Shown: positions 1 through 13,428 of the stretch, one piece after another
Layout: each line of letters opens with the position of its first letter
Position numbering within the stretch: position 1 is the first letter of the stretch
Assembly (NCBI RefSeq): GCF_040938485.1
Contig: NW_027271582.1
Span: forward strand, 248,001-312,000
From: Diadema antillarum
Taxonomy: Eukaryota
Reading direction: 5' to 3'
Length of the DNA stretch: 64,000 nucleotides
Notes under the pieces: generated by a model
Told to the model about the DNA's origin: nothing
Seen by the model: the letters and a program-made list of their open reading frames with translations, nothing else
Database searches by the model: none
Made by a program: the position numbers and the translations under genes

Positions 1-120
1 TCTCCCACAAGTCCCACTTGAGTTTCAATTTCTCCTGCTCTAGCTGTGTGTCTTCACTTCAGACACATTTTCTCCGTTCAAAAATCAGCTTTCTCCCACA
101 AAGCTTAGCTTTGTCATATA

Positions 121-297
121 AAGTCAACCTTGCCTGAGTCAAATCTATTTGGACTGAAGAAATAGCTTCAACTTTAGAGGAAATTCAAGTTATGAGGAAT
201 TAAAATCAATAGAACATAAAGAGAAGAGGACTTGAAAAGACTTTCAACCTAGATGACTATTTGACTTATGCGAGATCGACTTAAGCGAGGTTGACTG
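121..297. mobile_element. TA-flanked MITE, pogo/Tigger-like (IS630-Tc1-mariner)
   Basis: TA|aagtcaaccttgcctgagtc ... gacttaagcgaggttgactg|TA imperfect TIRs. Confidence 0.6.
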
Positions 298-862
298 TAA
301 TATGTTAAGAAATAGAGCTAGAATAGCACCAGACAGCATTTACGATCCTGGAGCTAGAACCCTGGTCCCCAGTCACAAAGGATATTGCATTAAGCGCTTG
401 TGTAGTGAGCTACAGCGTGTACGCGCAGAAAAAAGTGTGGGCATGTTCGCGCAACTAGCCTCCAGTTTGCTAGGGGGTCCAGCTGCTTGGAGTTGGAGTC
501 TCAATTAAAAAAGGCAATGAAATGAGTTAAGGTACCCAGCCCAAAAGACAGATGTCTTGAGCCACCTGTCTCACTTCCTCAACGCCGGTCAAGTTCTCTA
601 TTTCTGAATTTGGGTTTGAATTATTGTTCGTTCACCTGGCTGCTAAATGGAAGAAATGAATGCTTGTACTAAAGCAAGCAACCACGGCATCTATTCTTCA
701 AATTCTATTTCCATCATAGTGCAGTTTAGCTGTAGTGAGAGTGAATTACTTCGACAAGTATCTCCCTTTCTCAAACAGAGGCCAAAACTCACTGACACAT
801 TTCCTTAATCCACACAATTCCATCATACTGTCAAAACTGGCCGGCTGTGTCCAAAGTCTCAC

Positions 863-1090
863 CTGTGTACATGGAGACGACCTCCCCGTTGAGTGGTGTG
901 TCCTGGTATGACCTGTCCACAGCTGCTCGGAAGCTGTCGTTGCAGATGCGACCCCTCCTGACCTTTGGCCTCGGCCGACCCGGGAAGTCGTCGCGGTGCT
1001 GCTGCTGGACGGTGGCCACGGCGACCTCCAGGCTCTCCAGGGAGCTTGACTTCTCCATGCCCAGACCCGGTCCCATGGGCTTGGCAGCAG
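863..1090 (-). CDS. PARD3: Par-3 exon 16/16: AAKPMGPGLGMEKSSSLESL...RPRPKVRRGRICNDSFRAAVDRSYQDTPLNGEVVSMYT
   Basis: cccttgcccctcag acceptor, G|gtgag donor, 228 nt, phase 1-1. Matches GPSLGLKKSSSLESL and [24 protein letters not shown]. Confidence 0.96.
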
Positions 1091-4000
1091 CTGAGGGGCA
1101 AGGGATGACAGAAGAGGGGGCATACATGAAATGAAGTATCTGGGTCTAAGGAAAACACTGTCTCCTGGCTGCATCCATACATACATACTACATTAGCAAT
1201 GGGAGCTCTTGAAGTCTTGCTTGCATGGGCATCTATCAAGATGAACATGTAATTGGGGCTTGATTTAGGTTATTGTGTACGAAATGCCTTCACACCACGA
1301 AAACTACATGTATGGTATAACTGGTACTACTGCCACCTCTGACGTGCAATTGCTATTTGTACTTATGAACAAAGACATCTTGGAGAACGCATGTTGTTGT
1401 TTTTTAATATCATATATCAAATAGCTCATTTAACACTAACAAGCAGTGACTGTCCCTCTGAATAGTCTGAGGAATGTTTATCTAGTCAGCTCAGACGTTC
1501 CTGCAAAGAGATGTCTTTTGTCTGTCTCCAGCTTCTGGCCATGTGCTACTTTGATTTGGCCACTATCAAAACATAAAGAGTTGCACTGGATACTTGATGC
1601 TTACATGTATAATTCATAATTTACAATAATGATGAATGAATAGAACGGGTCATGTTTATTGATAGGGTGCGTGCAGTGACATGGTATAATGATTGAAGGG
1701 AATCCATAATGTGCCAAAAACAACTTGAAGGATGCTTTTACTTATAACGAAAAATTACTTTTTATCTACTGAGACCAGTCAGGGCTCTGATTCATGTGTG
1801 CACATCATGAACAGATGATCCACAATAGAACACCAATCATCAAACCATTATTACTGTTATACAACAGAGCACATCATTTCCGGATTCATCACATGACATT
1901 TAGCTCGATGGATGTTAGCCCATACAGTGACAACATTGAAAGTGAGCTCATTTTTAAAAGCATTCACAATTCTCTACCATACGGAATACAGTTGATTGAA
2001 CATCTACTATGAACTATCAACTTTGTTCTAACATTCACATGTACAACATATACAATAAATTATTGATGCACCAGTAAACATTGACAGTATTACAATGGGG
2101 ATGTCCCCAGAAGCTTGCGATGCTTGGGGAAAATATTTTGATTGGATTTTAAAAAGTACCGCTGTTAGATAGTGGTGGATAGTGCTGGGATCTTGCAGTA
2201 CTTAAAATAGCTTGTGATTCTTACCTTGCAACATACAAATTGCATCAGTCTTACTTTCGTACTTTGGCTTTACACAGGTAATTTATTTGTAGTATGTGAT
2301 AACATACAGTATGCATCAGAGTAGGTACATGTACTGGCTTATGGTAGAAAATGTGGAAATAGTCTCAGCTCAAGACTGATGAAAATCCTTGCTGAGCAGA
2401 CAGAGAGGTGAGGAAAGCAGAAAGCAGCCTTGGAGTTAGGCTAAACACAGCTACACTTGTAAACAAGAGACTCTGATTGCACAGATGCCTATACGACTAT
2501 CAGAGCTGATCAGCAAACAGATTATGAGCATCATTTTTTTAAAGGAATTGAAAAATATGGAATAAGAGATTTTATTGGCAAAGCAAAAGAAAGTAGTGAT
2601 AGTGCATCTAACATCTCTATGATGTGTTGTTGCTAGCTTCTTGTTAGTAACATACCATACACCCCACATAACATACACATATCCGTACACACATTTACTT
2701 TAGAAAATGCTTTCAACACTAGTGCACAAAGTTTTCAGGCCACTCAGAAAATATGATTTGGCCAAGTACCACAATAACATAGATGTTAAGATTGACCTAA
2801 AATGTTAATGCTGCATCCTGTAAGGTTTGCATGAATAGGAATCAGAAAGAAGGGAGGAAAATATATGCAACTAAAAGTAAGTGTAACAAACATCACACAC
2901 AAACTGTGTTCTGTACAAAAGGAAATATGTACCGGTATATGAACATGAAACAAGGTATGGTAAATTATGCATTGAATCACGACCCTGTTGCACATACAGT
3001 ACCATCTGCACATCAAAGGATTAGAACATAGATAACAGGTATCACATAAATCAAACACACCCCACCTTCACTGATATTGAGATGGTAACAATCACGATAT
3101 TGTTTCTCTTTTTCCTCAGTGAGACATTTGACCACTCTTTCCCCCACACTTTCTTGCTCTAGTTTTACCTCAGGTACTGTACATGTACACTCCTCTAAAT
3201 ATACAAGTTTTCACTTTTGAATTTTAAGACATGCAAGCTCCTGGAATTTCTGGTGTCTTTTTTAAAACTTCTTATCTTTGTCCGCATGTAAAACAAAACT
3301 GTAACGGCCAAGACAGACAAAATCAAAGCATTGTACAATGGTGATGATTGCTCAGAGGAATATTTTAAGTATGGTGGACAAATTTCGATGGAAAAATTAT
3401 GGATTGCCTCTCTGTGACCAGGTAGTTGATAAAGAAAGTCCACAAGTCTCCACTCAACAGGATGAATGAGAATGAAATGTTTGAAGAGTGCGATAAGATA
3501 AACATTTGGTTGATAGGGAAGTACACAGAGATTCAATGGGTACCAATAAATATTGCGCGGGTTGAGAGTGTAGGTTGTGCAAGTGACAATGCGGAACAGA
3601 AAATGTGTGATTACTGAAAAAACTGCAGCCAAAAAGACATCAAGTACTTTTTGGTGTTAGAGTAGGTTAACTGAGATAGGTCATACAAATGTTGTAATTT
3701 GTTTTCAAGATATAATTGAGAATGTGATGCAGAAGGGATAATGATTCCATACAAAGAGAGGAAGTGATAAGAGCATTTCACTGTCTGCGTAGAAAGCACA
3801 AATGGAAGAGGTAATTGTGCTATAAACTTTATCAAACTACAAAATGCAGAAGTGCATTTATCCTGTTGGTAATTTACAAAGAGTATAACATATTAGATAT
3901 TTAAGTCAAATGTCACTCTATAGCTTCACTAGTAACATAAAGATGCTTTAAAAGCCTTCAAAGGAGAGAAAAAGAAGTGAAAAAAATCTTGACAATATAC

Positions 4001-4342
4001 AAGTAAGATATCATCTTCTGGGAAGTGCCTTCTGTGACGAGATGCTGAATTGATGCAGGAGAGTGTTTCCATGGCGATTAGAGCACGGCAAAGATGTAGC
4101 GGAGCACGGAGAGTAAGGATGGGATGCTGGAGGAGATGTACACGGCGTGTTTGAGAGAGTACATGGGAACGAGGCAAAAGTACTTCGAAGCACAGAGTAT
4201 GGGAGGAAAAGTGGAGGTGCATTAAAGTGCTTTGGATGGTTATGTAAGCAAGCAAAAAGAAAAGCAGGATTATTGTTGTTTTTGTTTTCCCCTCTGGTCC
4301 CACCCAAAGTCCACCAAGCGAGGGCGCCATGCCGTTACTTAC

Positions 4343-4438
4343 TCTCTTCTTCCGCTCGACTCATGCTTGGCTTTGAGTCGAGGAGCGAATCCATGGAGCT
4401 GGCCCGCAGGAGGCTGCTGGTGCTGGCGGCCACGTCTG
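4343..4438 (-). CDS. PARD3: Par-3 exon 15/16 (symmetric phase 1-1): (A)DVAASTSSLLRASSMDSLLDSKPSMSRAEEE
   Basis: Long C/T tract, then tandem acceptor aag/cag; A|gtaagt donor; 96 or 93 nt. RASSMD resembles vertebrate RKSKSMD. Confidence 0.8.
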
Positions 4439-5605
4439 CTTGGGAAGAGGAGGAGGGGGAGGGGGCGTGGTGGGTGCGGTCACAACGGGTGTCACAAACA
4501 TTTTTTGATGGTCACTCAAGACAGGCCACACTGTTAACATTGGCTTGATCTTGCTTATTATGCGCCCAACCCTGGTTTAATGTCACAATATTCAGTTCTT
4601 TCAAGTTTGGAGGAGCACACAACGGCAACAGTAAGCAGGGGATACTCAAGTGAAGCAACCACCAAGCATGTTTCACCTGAAACTTAGTTCAGCATGTCCA
4701 TATAAAAAATACCCGTCTTTAATCATTTCTTGCAAGGGGTGTTTCTTTTCTTTCTGTCAGCATTATCACACCAGGGGAAGGATTTACAGTCAATGATAGA
4801 AAAAGAATGAAAAAAGTTTCATACAGACTCTAAGTCTAGCAGCTTTACGATAACCACAAATCCACTATCTTATAATGTAAAATTTTCTTTCTGTTCGTCT
4901 TCATTCATGTGCAGTTCTCGTCCATTTCATTCAGCAAATGCATTTCTTGTCAGGCAAGGTCAGTTCAATCTGGCAGAAAGTTTTGCCCATGCAAAAACCG
5001 AGAAACGAGCAAGAAGCACATCCCAACAGAGACAAATGGATAGAAAAATCTGCTCTCCATTGGACATCCATTAACGCTATCTCTCAAGGTATGACTGCTG
5101 CTTAGGGGGGAAAAAAAATAGCAAAGTTGATTCCCGGCATAAAATTTCACAAAATCATCTGTAAAAGAAATCTGATGAAGATTTCCACTAAAATGACACA
5201 GGCATGAGAAGTCAGCATTTGTAAAGTAGCCCCCATTACCTGTATCAGATGGCTAACTGACAGTCAAACTAAATTCTTTAGAATAGCTACATTTGTGTTT
5301 GATTCATGTCAAACTTTCTCAACTCTTTTGCAGCAATTTTTGGGGATTTCACATCGATCAAAAACATGCCATTGACATCATGAAATTGCCAATTTGTGTT
5401 TCACTGATCGTAACTTCTACAAATCACAACTTTCTTCATAGTTTTGATTAAAACTTGCTGAAATGTTCGCACTGTCCTGTACCCCAAATTTGTTCTGCTT
5501 CTATCCACACAAACTAATTTTCAGCATGGACTTTAACCTTTAAGCAGACTCATCCTAACAGGTTTTACCCACAGCTCATACTCAGATGGGACCTACACTG
5601 TATAT

Positions 5606-6294
5606 GTGACCGTGCATCACAAAACGAACAAAAAGTCGCACCCCTTAATTTTACGTGAGGACTAAAAAAACGTGAAATGGGTCAACCGAGTCAATCTTAA
5701 GTTTTTCATATTTTCTGAAAGGACTATCCTTCTTCTACATTATTCTTTATTTTGGGATCTTAACATGAATGGGAAAGTGTGTTTTCAGCAGTTTTTCTAC
5801 AACCCTTTTTTTGAGGGGAGAGCAGAAAGATCAGGTATGTCTTAGAGGCTCCTTTTCATTTCTTGAAATCCTTTGCACACTCTTCACTTTCAAGTCTAAT
5901 ACAGATAACACTACTGCTTTGAAAGTTGGCATTAATCATGGACAGAATATGTTAATAAAACATGCTCAATTTCAGCTTAATCTGATAATCCCTTCATTGT
6001 TGATGCTCCGGTGGTTTACATCATGTGTTTTGTCCCATTCATACCACAGCTAGCACAGCTTGGTATAAAAGATTAAGCGCTTGAATAGACCCTGTACTTC
6101 AGAGCCTCTTTTCTCAGTTCACACTTTCCAGAGTGTGTGCTTTCTTTCCATTGTTTAGATACAGTTAGGTTAGGAGAGTCCATTTGAATTGAGTTATACA
6201 TCATTTTAAAACTTAGAGTCTGCTCTTTCAGAATCTGCCTTAACTAAAAATGCATGTCTGGCGACTTTTCATTGATTTTGTGATGCAGGGTCAT
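5606..6294. mobile_element. ~690-bp non-autonomous DNA transposon, Sola1-like, copy 1
   Basis: ~33-bp TIR GTGACCGTGCATCACAAAACGAACAAAAAGTCGC; ATAT on both flanks (AWWT TSD). Homologous along its length to 31947-32636 in the opposite orientation. Confidence 0.8.
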
Positions 6295-6564
6295 ATATAT
6301 ATTCATATACTGACAACATGACTACAAGGTGCAACAAACTTTTCACTTGCAAATATTCAGGAGCAGGTGCCACAAGAGAGCACAATGCCATCCAGGAATA
6401 TATATATATATATATATATCTGACTACGACATGCTAATAATAGGCTGATGTGACAATGAAACCAATACAGGTTTACACTAACAATCACACGATCTAGCAC
6501 AGCTCGAGTAACAAGTCGTAGTACGGCATGATGAACTCTGAGCACAATCATAGCAGGACTTTAA

Positions 6565-6779
6565 GGCCGCATTCACGAAGGTGGTTTAAATTTGAGCCAC
6601 AGTTTATACAAATTTCTCCTGCGCAAATACGATTGACAGATTGCGTACACCAATAGACGTCCAGTAACAAACGCATGTTGATATGTGCATATCAATGGTA
6701 TGACTATTTCATGCTTAATTTAGTCCATGGTCTAAATTTAAACCAGGGTCTAGATTTAAACCACCTTCATGTTTGGGCC
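6565..6779. mobile_element. Palindromic MITE, Harbinger-like termini (GGCC)
   Basis: ggccgcattcacgaaggtggtttaaat ... atttaaaccaccttcatgtttgggcc. Flanks taa/ttg do not match perfectly. Confidence 0.55.
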
Positions 6780-6930
6780 TTGATGTCTTGGTGTATGGTT
6801 CACTTCCATCGCAAACACTGATATAGAAACACAAAGAGGGACAATATCAATCAAGACGAGACTCGGTCCAGTGAGTTTGGAGAAATGCTGGGGGTAGGGT
6901 TGTGGGGAGGGATTTCCCCCTGTGAGTTAC

Positions 6931-7000
6931 CTTTCTGCGATACGTCGGTGGCTTGCTTCTTTGGTGTTGGCTCTCCCCTCGTCTTCTTGTACCATGCCAT
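6931..7000 (-). CDS. PARD3: Par-3 exon 14/16: MAWYKKTRGEPTPKKQATDVSQK
   Basis: ttttgctccgcag acceptor, G|gtaact donor, 70 nt, phase 0-1. Bridges the phase-0 end of exon 13 to the downstream phase-1 exons. Sequence is poorly conserved. Confidence 0.8.
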
Positions 7001-7914
7001 CTGCGGAGCAAAACCAGAGAGACAGATTAAAAACAGCAAACAAACAAACAAAACTCAGCGCAGTTTCTGGTTCCAGTGCTTTATGGGATTACATGATGCA
7101 AATTTGACAACCAGCACCATGGGTGGAGAAATATCTACTTCCTCTTTCACAATATTATCTTTTTCGGTCCTGTGCAGAATATGTTTGTATGTCTAGCAAT
7201 GGCACTTGGATTTTCAGGATGAGCATCCACTGAGGGTTAATCTGATGAAAACTATTCCCTTCTTTTCTTTTTTTTTAAATCAAATGACTGCACACTGAAT
7301 TCATCAGCTGGTCATACTGCACACTACACGTAACTTTCAGTTGAAATGTCTGTAGAGACAAAAATAAAAACAAAAAACCAACAACGTAAAGCCAAAAAAC
7401 CAAAAGAAAGAGCGAGAAAATAATGTAGGTTTTCTTTTTTCCTAAAGCCAATGATTGGTGTGGTGCAGTACATTTTTTTTTCAGTTATTCTCTTGGGATT
7501 CTGCTTTCTTCTGTTTTGCTTTCTCTACTTTTTCTTTCTCGGCAGAGGCAAAACGATTTTGCCATGCACTTCACTGCCTGTTCTGATTTCACAGCTTTCC
7601 AGTTTTCAAATATACTGAGTTTCAAAACTATCTTAGACCTACAAGTATCCCTACCCATGCCCAATAATTGTTCAACAATGAAAAAAAAAAAATTAAAGGA
7701 ATAACTCTTCTGTAAAGTAATTCATTTTTTTTTTTCGATTTTGTTTTCCTATAGTACCCAATAAGTGTTCTATCCAAAGAAGAGTTTAAAGGTCTTGATC
7801 CACCAACACCATCCCCTCCCCTCCGATCCCCCCCCCCCCCCCCGACCATTACACAGCATGGCGGATGACGGCAACATTGATGAAAATTAAGCAATAAAGG
7901 AGAAATGAAATCAC

Positions 7915-8020
7915 CTGTTTGGCATCCAGCGACCCACCCTGCCTCCTCTCCGAGAAGCTTGCCCTGGCGTAGCTGTCACGGTCAAACTGCTTGTCAGCGT
8001 CTGGAAGAGGACTCAGTTCC
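7915..8020 (-). CDS. PARD3: Par-3 exon 13/16 (CR3, aPKC-binding): ELSPLPDADKQFDRDSYARASFSERRQGGSLDAKQ
   Basis: ctttcctacatgatag acceptor, CAG|gtgatt donor, 106 nt, phase 2-0. Aligns to LSP.....FQREGFGRQSMSEKR. Confidence 0.93.
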
Positions 8021-8977
8021 CTATCATGTAGGAAAGCACACAGATTGAAAGTCTGTTCAAGCCGTGCACATCTTATCACTCAGGCCATATGGTCAATAAC
8101 CCGTGAGGACCTGATTGAAGGTCGTACATGCACCAGCTCTCATATAAAAAATCTCAGCGTGCTAAAATTACATTTTTCTATTCATTCACCTACAGTGTAT
8201 TTGTCTATTTTTGCAAAATAAAGCTGCTAAAAAAAGGAAAATAATAGAAAAATGTGAGATATTTTTGGTCATAACTTCAGGAATATTCCTTGTTATGTAA
8301 CAAGTGAGGTATAATTGGAAAGGATTTGTTTTGCTCCATCTCATGAGGGAATTATTTCAAAATGTTACAAGAGGCTTAAACCCATTTTGCAATCAAACTC
8401 TTCATATATTTCTTATAATCATTTTTCTTTTCCTTTCATTGCAAATGCTATTGTTCCCTCAACACACCAGATATATAACATCTCTCTTTGAATCATTATC
8501 TACGTCATACACAGAGATGCCAACTTTTTGACGTGGCGAAACAGATGGAATCCCCTAAAAAATCCGATTTTTTAGAGGAAAATCAGCTTTTCATGAAATC
8601 TTGACACGACTACTAGCCCATGGGCGCTGGGCCGGTATAATGTCAGTAAAACTGTTTCCCTGGTAAGGAAGGGCAAGTAAAATGGTGCTACTTCATCAAC
8701 ATCGATGAGAAAAATGTAAAGCATCCGCATATTTCCCGCCCATTTGGGCTCGTCATTCAAAGTTTTTGTACGAGTTGCAGGAATTTAGTGTTACATCTTT
8801 CTATGCGATGAAGCGGTTTTCTGCAGTTCATATTGGCTTCATTTTTTTCTTTGTTCGAAAGATGAAAAGGCATACATGTACTCTCAAGAGGTGATATCGT
8901 ATTTCACTCTGTTTATCGTACTAAATATTGGTTGGCATCTCTGCATACACAGTAAAGAAATGTGATCCAACACTCAC

Positions 8978-9108
8978 CCATCCTGTGCATTCTTTTCCCA
9001 ATCAAGGAGCCACTGGGGTGGTGATGGAGCCCTGGCGGAGGGGGAGCCGTGGATGGAGAGGTGGGATACAGGGCCCCCTGGACTGGTGGGTGGGTGACTG
9101 AGACGGGT
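8978..9108 (-). CDS. PARD3: Par-3 exon 12/16 (Pro/Ser linker): TRLSHPPTSPGG...PPQWLLDWEKNAQD(G)
   Basis: ttcccctccggcgtccag acceptor, GG|gtgagt donor, 131 nt, phase 0-2. This exon is needed to join the phase-0 end of exon 11 to the phase-2 start of exon 13. Confidence 0.87.
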
Positions 9109-9696
9109 CTGGACGCCGGAGGGGAAGAAAGGAAGAGCACATAAAATATTACTGGAAAACTTTGTTTCTGGACTCTTTTCTTCAGCCTTTTCTACATAAA
9201 AGAGAGGAATGAAAATATCACTTGCTTCTTCAAATATTGATATTTTATGATATGAGAAAAGTCCCTTGCAATTTGTCTTTGTGTTCTTCATTCCTGGAAC
9301 ACCTGAAACGATATGTTTTTACGTATTTCATGTATCGTCAGTACAAACAAAGTAGAGTTTGCATTACCATACCTGTGTAGAATCGTATCATATCAATATC
9401 AAATGTTGATTGTTACTGTAATTTTAAAAAATTGAATTCATTCACAATTTAATCACAGGATTTCTCCAGATCCTCTTTTGTTCTTTTCTCTACTTACAAA
9501 GTGCAAAGGGACTACATCTGTGGTGACATGCCCTATAGAAATGTGGTTTATCATTAATATTAGAATCATCATTATTACTATGTTTCCACTTCTCTGGTGT
9601 TTCATAAGATCATTGTATCAAAATCATGAGGCCACGACATCATGATGTTAAATCACAAGTGCGACTTTTTCCACACGTGTCTCCACAGTCCCTCAC

Positions 9697-10242
9697 CTGT
9701 GAATCAGCCATCATAACCATCTCCTCCCCTCCAGAGGGCAGTGTTTGACCGCCAGACGACCTGCGGTCTCTGGTGTACAAGTGTTCCTCGTCGTCCCCAG
9801 GATAGGTCACCTTGGCGCCGGGAGAGGCTCGCGAGGACGCGGCCTGCGGTTCGACGGATGCCCGCACCACGATCTCGTTGCCGCGTGGCACACCGCCGTT
9901 CTGTAGGTCGTGCCCCTCGAACTGTCCCTCCGACATCCTGTTCGACACCACGCCCACCGAGAAGCCGGCGTCGTTCTTGCCGACCGGCGAGGGGGACATG
10001 AGGCCGCTGTCCACGTTGCGATCGGCCGATGGACTCACAGTGGGCTTGCTGAGGTTGTTGGTATGCCCGCCCCCACCGTCCTGGTCGTTCCGACGTGCGA
10101 TGACCAGGGAGATGGTGGATCGCGGTGATTTTTCGTGCGACATGGCCAAGCGCAGCGTCTCCATGGCCTCACTGTTTGACATGTTGGCAAGCGAAGTGTC
10201 GTTGATGCAAAGTAGCTGATCGTTCGGGCGCAAGCGACCATC
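9697..10242 (-). CDS. PARD3: Par-3 exon 11/16 (PDZ3 C-half plus linker): DGRLRPNDQLLCIND...TISLVIARR...MMADSQ
   Basis: ttttgtttcag acceptor, CAG|gtgag donor, 546 nt, phase 0-0. Confidence 0.96.
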
Positions 10243-10483
10243 CTGAAACAAAAAAAGTGATTTTCAGATAAGTATTTTTAAGGACAAATGCATGGGATGA
10301 TTTCATTCAAAATGACATCGGCTAAGTCTGATACTATACTAACTATCAGCTATATAATACCATTGGTGGAGACCTAGAGGGTGTGTCAAGATTGCAGCAA
10401 ATCTGAAATTAAAGAACACCAGACCTTAAAATGAAAATACAACACATTTTCACAATTCTTGCTGTAAAAATTTGCTGAGCTAC

Positions 10484-10681
10484 CTTTGAGGCTGCTCCGC
10501 CGTGGATCACCGATTTGATGAAGATTCCGAGGTCACGCGTCTCCTGGTCCTCCGTGGCCCCGCTCTTGCCCTTGACGCTGACCCCGAGACCCGCCGACCC
10601 CGTGTCATTCAGGGGTATGTCAAAGGTCAGCACGGTGCGATTGACATTGGATATCTGTTCCTCCACTGCTGTTTCCTCGGG
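10484..10681 (-). CDS. PARD3: Par-3 exon 10/16 (PDZ3 N-half): PEETAVEEQ...[21 protein letters not shown]...DLGIFIKSVIHGGAASK
   Basis: attaacccag acceptor, AAG|gtagct donor, 198 nt, phase 0-0. Near-identical to vertebrate [21 protein letters not shown]. Confidence 0.97.
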
Positions 10682-11290
10682 CTGGGTTAATATAATAAAA
10701 AAAAACAGATATTAAAATCAGGGGACACTAATCGAAAAGCTTTACAGAACAACAAATGACAGGTATCATTTGCAAACGCATAATAAATGTGACCCTGTTT
10801 TTGGATGAAAGGAGGAATCACGCTGCTTCATATGTTTTTCCACAAGATTTCACTTTCTACGTACAATGGAACTTAAATGTGAAATAGGTAAACCAGCAAA
10901 TGGATTACAGATACCAACTGATACATGCCCTGCAAGGAACTTGGATTCACGACAGCTTTATGTTCAATTTGTCTCATTATTTGTGATACTATTACTTCAT
11001 GAATATGAATACTTAAAAATATGAGGTATGGCTACCTCAAAACAATGCAAAAAAAATAATAATAATCAGGTTCACCTTTACTTTATATTTTCAGCAAAAA
11101 TAAAGTCAAACTACAATATATCAATTATGCTGATTTTCCCTGGAGGGGTAATTCCAAAAGTCTCAAAAAGTTACGGCAGGTTTGCCAGTACAATTGACAA
11201 TACAAAGGTCACAAATATGTCATGATCCCTTCTATCACTTTTTTCTCTCCATTTTATTGCAAACTCAGAGTCTAATGACGGGAGATTTAC

Positions 11291-11425
11291 CAGTTGTCTT
11301 GGAACCATCTTGACAGGCGAATCCTGTCGGGAGACGACCAGGTTGACCACACCCCCTAGTTTCACGCTGCGCAGAATGGACACGGCTTCGCTCTGGCTCT
11401 TTCCTGTCATCTCAATGCCATTCAC
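11291..11425 (-). CDS. PARD3: Par-3 exon 9/16 (end of PDZ2): VNGIEMTGKSQSEAVSILRSVKLGGVVNLVVSRQDSPVKMVPRQL
   Basis: cttgtttgtag acceptor, CTG|gtaaat donor, 135 nt, phase 0-0. Confidence 0.96.
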
Positions 11426-11997
11426 CTACAAACAAGATTTTCAGAAAACACAGGTGTGCATACAGATGTAGATATCAAATAGATTGATAAATAGATGATA
11501 TATAAATGGATAGATTGGTAAATAATAGATAGATAGAAAGAGAGAGAGAGAGATGGGAAGGAAGATACATTGTATATAGAGGGAGATATATAGACAGAAA
11601 GACAAATAGGTAAATGAATATATGTACAAAAAATAACAAAGCATTAGCACAAACTTTATTTCCCAATGGGTATATGTTTGTCCAACCTGTCTGTGGATGC
11701 AGTGAACACAGACAAACTAGCGAGATATTCAGTGAAAGTCTGAGGAAAATCAGTCTACGTATGTGAAAGTTGTGGATTGCATCGATCGCCTTGTCCAGGT
11801 TGGAACTCAACACAACAATTTGTGATGTCATATGAGTACACGGATGTTCAGGAAATATGAGCAGAATCATTAACATTTTTTCAGTCTATTGATAGATCAC
11901 ACTACCAGCTCGTAGAGGAGGTATACAGGCTTTTTAAATAATATTATTTGTCAGGAAAAAAAAATCATGGTTACAACGAGGGAAGGTGCACTTTTCA

Positions 11998-12372
<375 letters not shown>

Positions 12373-12754
12373 TCATCTGCATAGCACTGTGGAGGGTCCC
12401 AAACATAAATTTATGTCCATCATGAACTACAATAATGGCTTACCCTGTAAATATGTCACGCTTGATTAATGGTCATGTCATCACAACAGCTTTTGAAATC
12501 TGATATCCTTTTGTTCTGCAGCAAACCAAAATAGGCTGCTGGAATCCATATAAAAACATACAAACAACAAAGCTTATACACAACAAAATTTATATATATC
12601 GGTACCGGCAAGAGGAGGTTTCTTTTACACTGTCAAATGAGAGTGAGTTCTATCTCACATTTTACAAATGCTGCACTCATGTTTGGTGAACATACGAGAT
12701 AGAAAGAAATCACTGCCTCCAGTACCCCCTGGGGTGAACACATAAACACTGTTG

Positions 12755-13060
12755 TTATTGTTATTTCAATACCATCATCCCCATATCAGCATCATTGGCA
12801 TCACCTTCATTAACATTATCATCATTCTCAACATCATTATCATCATTTCCACATCACGACAACCACCACCACCATCATCATCCTCACCATTGCCATTACA
12901 ACCATCATTATCATCCTCATCATCATCACCATCATCATCATCTATCCCATATCACAATCATCATCATCACTATCATTATGACTGTCGTCATCATCCCAAT
13001 CAAAACCATCTATATCACTATCATCATCCAAACATTAAAATCACCATCATTCAAGAATTC
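12755..13060. repeat. Cryptic (ATC/CAT)n low-complexity tract
   Basis: Runs of catcatcat/caccat; explains the spurious His-, Ser- and Ile-rich ORFs. Confidence 0.9.
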
Positions 13061-13368
13061 GAGAAGTCAAACTAAGAGGGTATGTACTTAATTTCTGCAT
13101 CTCTGCCTCTGTTTCTCTGTTCATCACACTTTCTCTCTCTCTCTACTTCTTGAATTCATTTTATGTTCAGCTCATCATAATTGCTTGTGTCATAAAACCC
13201 CATCAAAAACTACGCCCCAACAAACCTGCACGAATCACCCAAAAGTCAACCACCTATTTCCCTACCCCACCAATGCGACACAACTCAATTTCTCGAGCAG
13301 CGAACTGCACGGGTTCGAAATCTACGCCACATATTTTCACAACCCACGCGAGCACAATCTCTAACAGT

Positions 13369-13385
13369 TACACACACACTCACTC

Positions 13386-13426
<41 letters not shown>
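13369..13426. repeat. (CA)n microsatellite
   Basis: Direct reading. Confidence 0.95.

Positions 13427-13428
<2 letters not shown>

Noticed and set aside
2225-2391. Cryptic exon with good acceptor (tctgtctgctcag) and donor (AAG|gtaaga)
   Set aside because: 167 nt, frameshifting, with an in-frame TAA in phase 1 and no Par-3 similarity. Could only be a poison exon, and there is no support for that.
9741-10219. Plus-strand ORFs overlapping par-3 exons (also 847-1134, 15850-16563, 19773-20144, 40543-40841)
   Set aside because: Antisense shadows of GC-rich coding exons; no independent evidence.
10789-11212. Possible third Sola1-like element (AAAT|GTGACC ... GGTCAC|AAAT)
   Set aside because: Only ~11/15 terminal identity and no internal similarity to the two clear copies; too weak to call.
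12752-13091. His-rich / Ser-rich ORFs
   Set aside because: Translations of an (ATC)n low-complexity tract on the strand opposite the gene.
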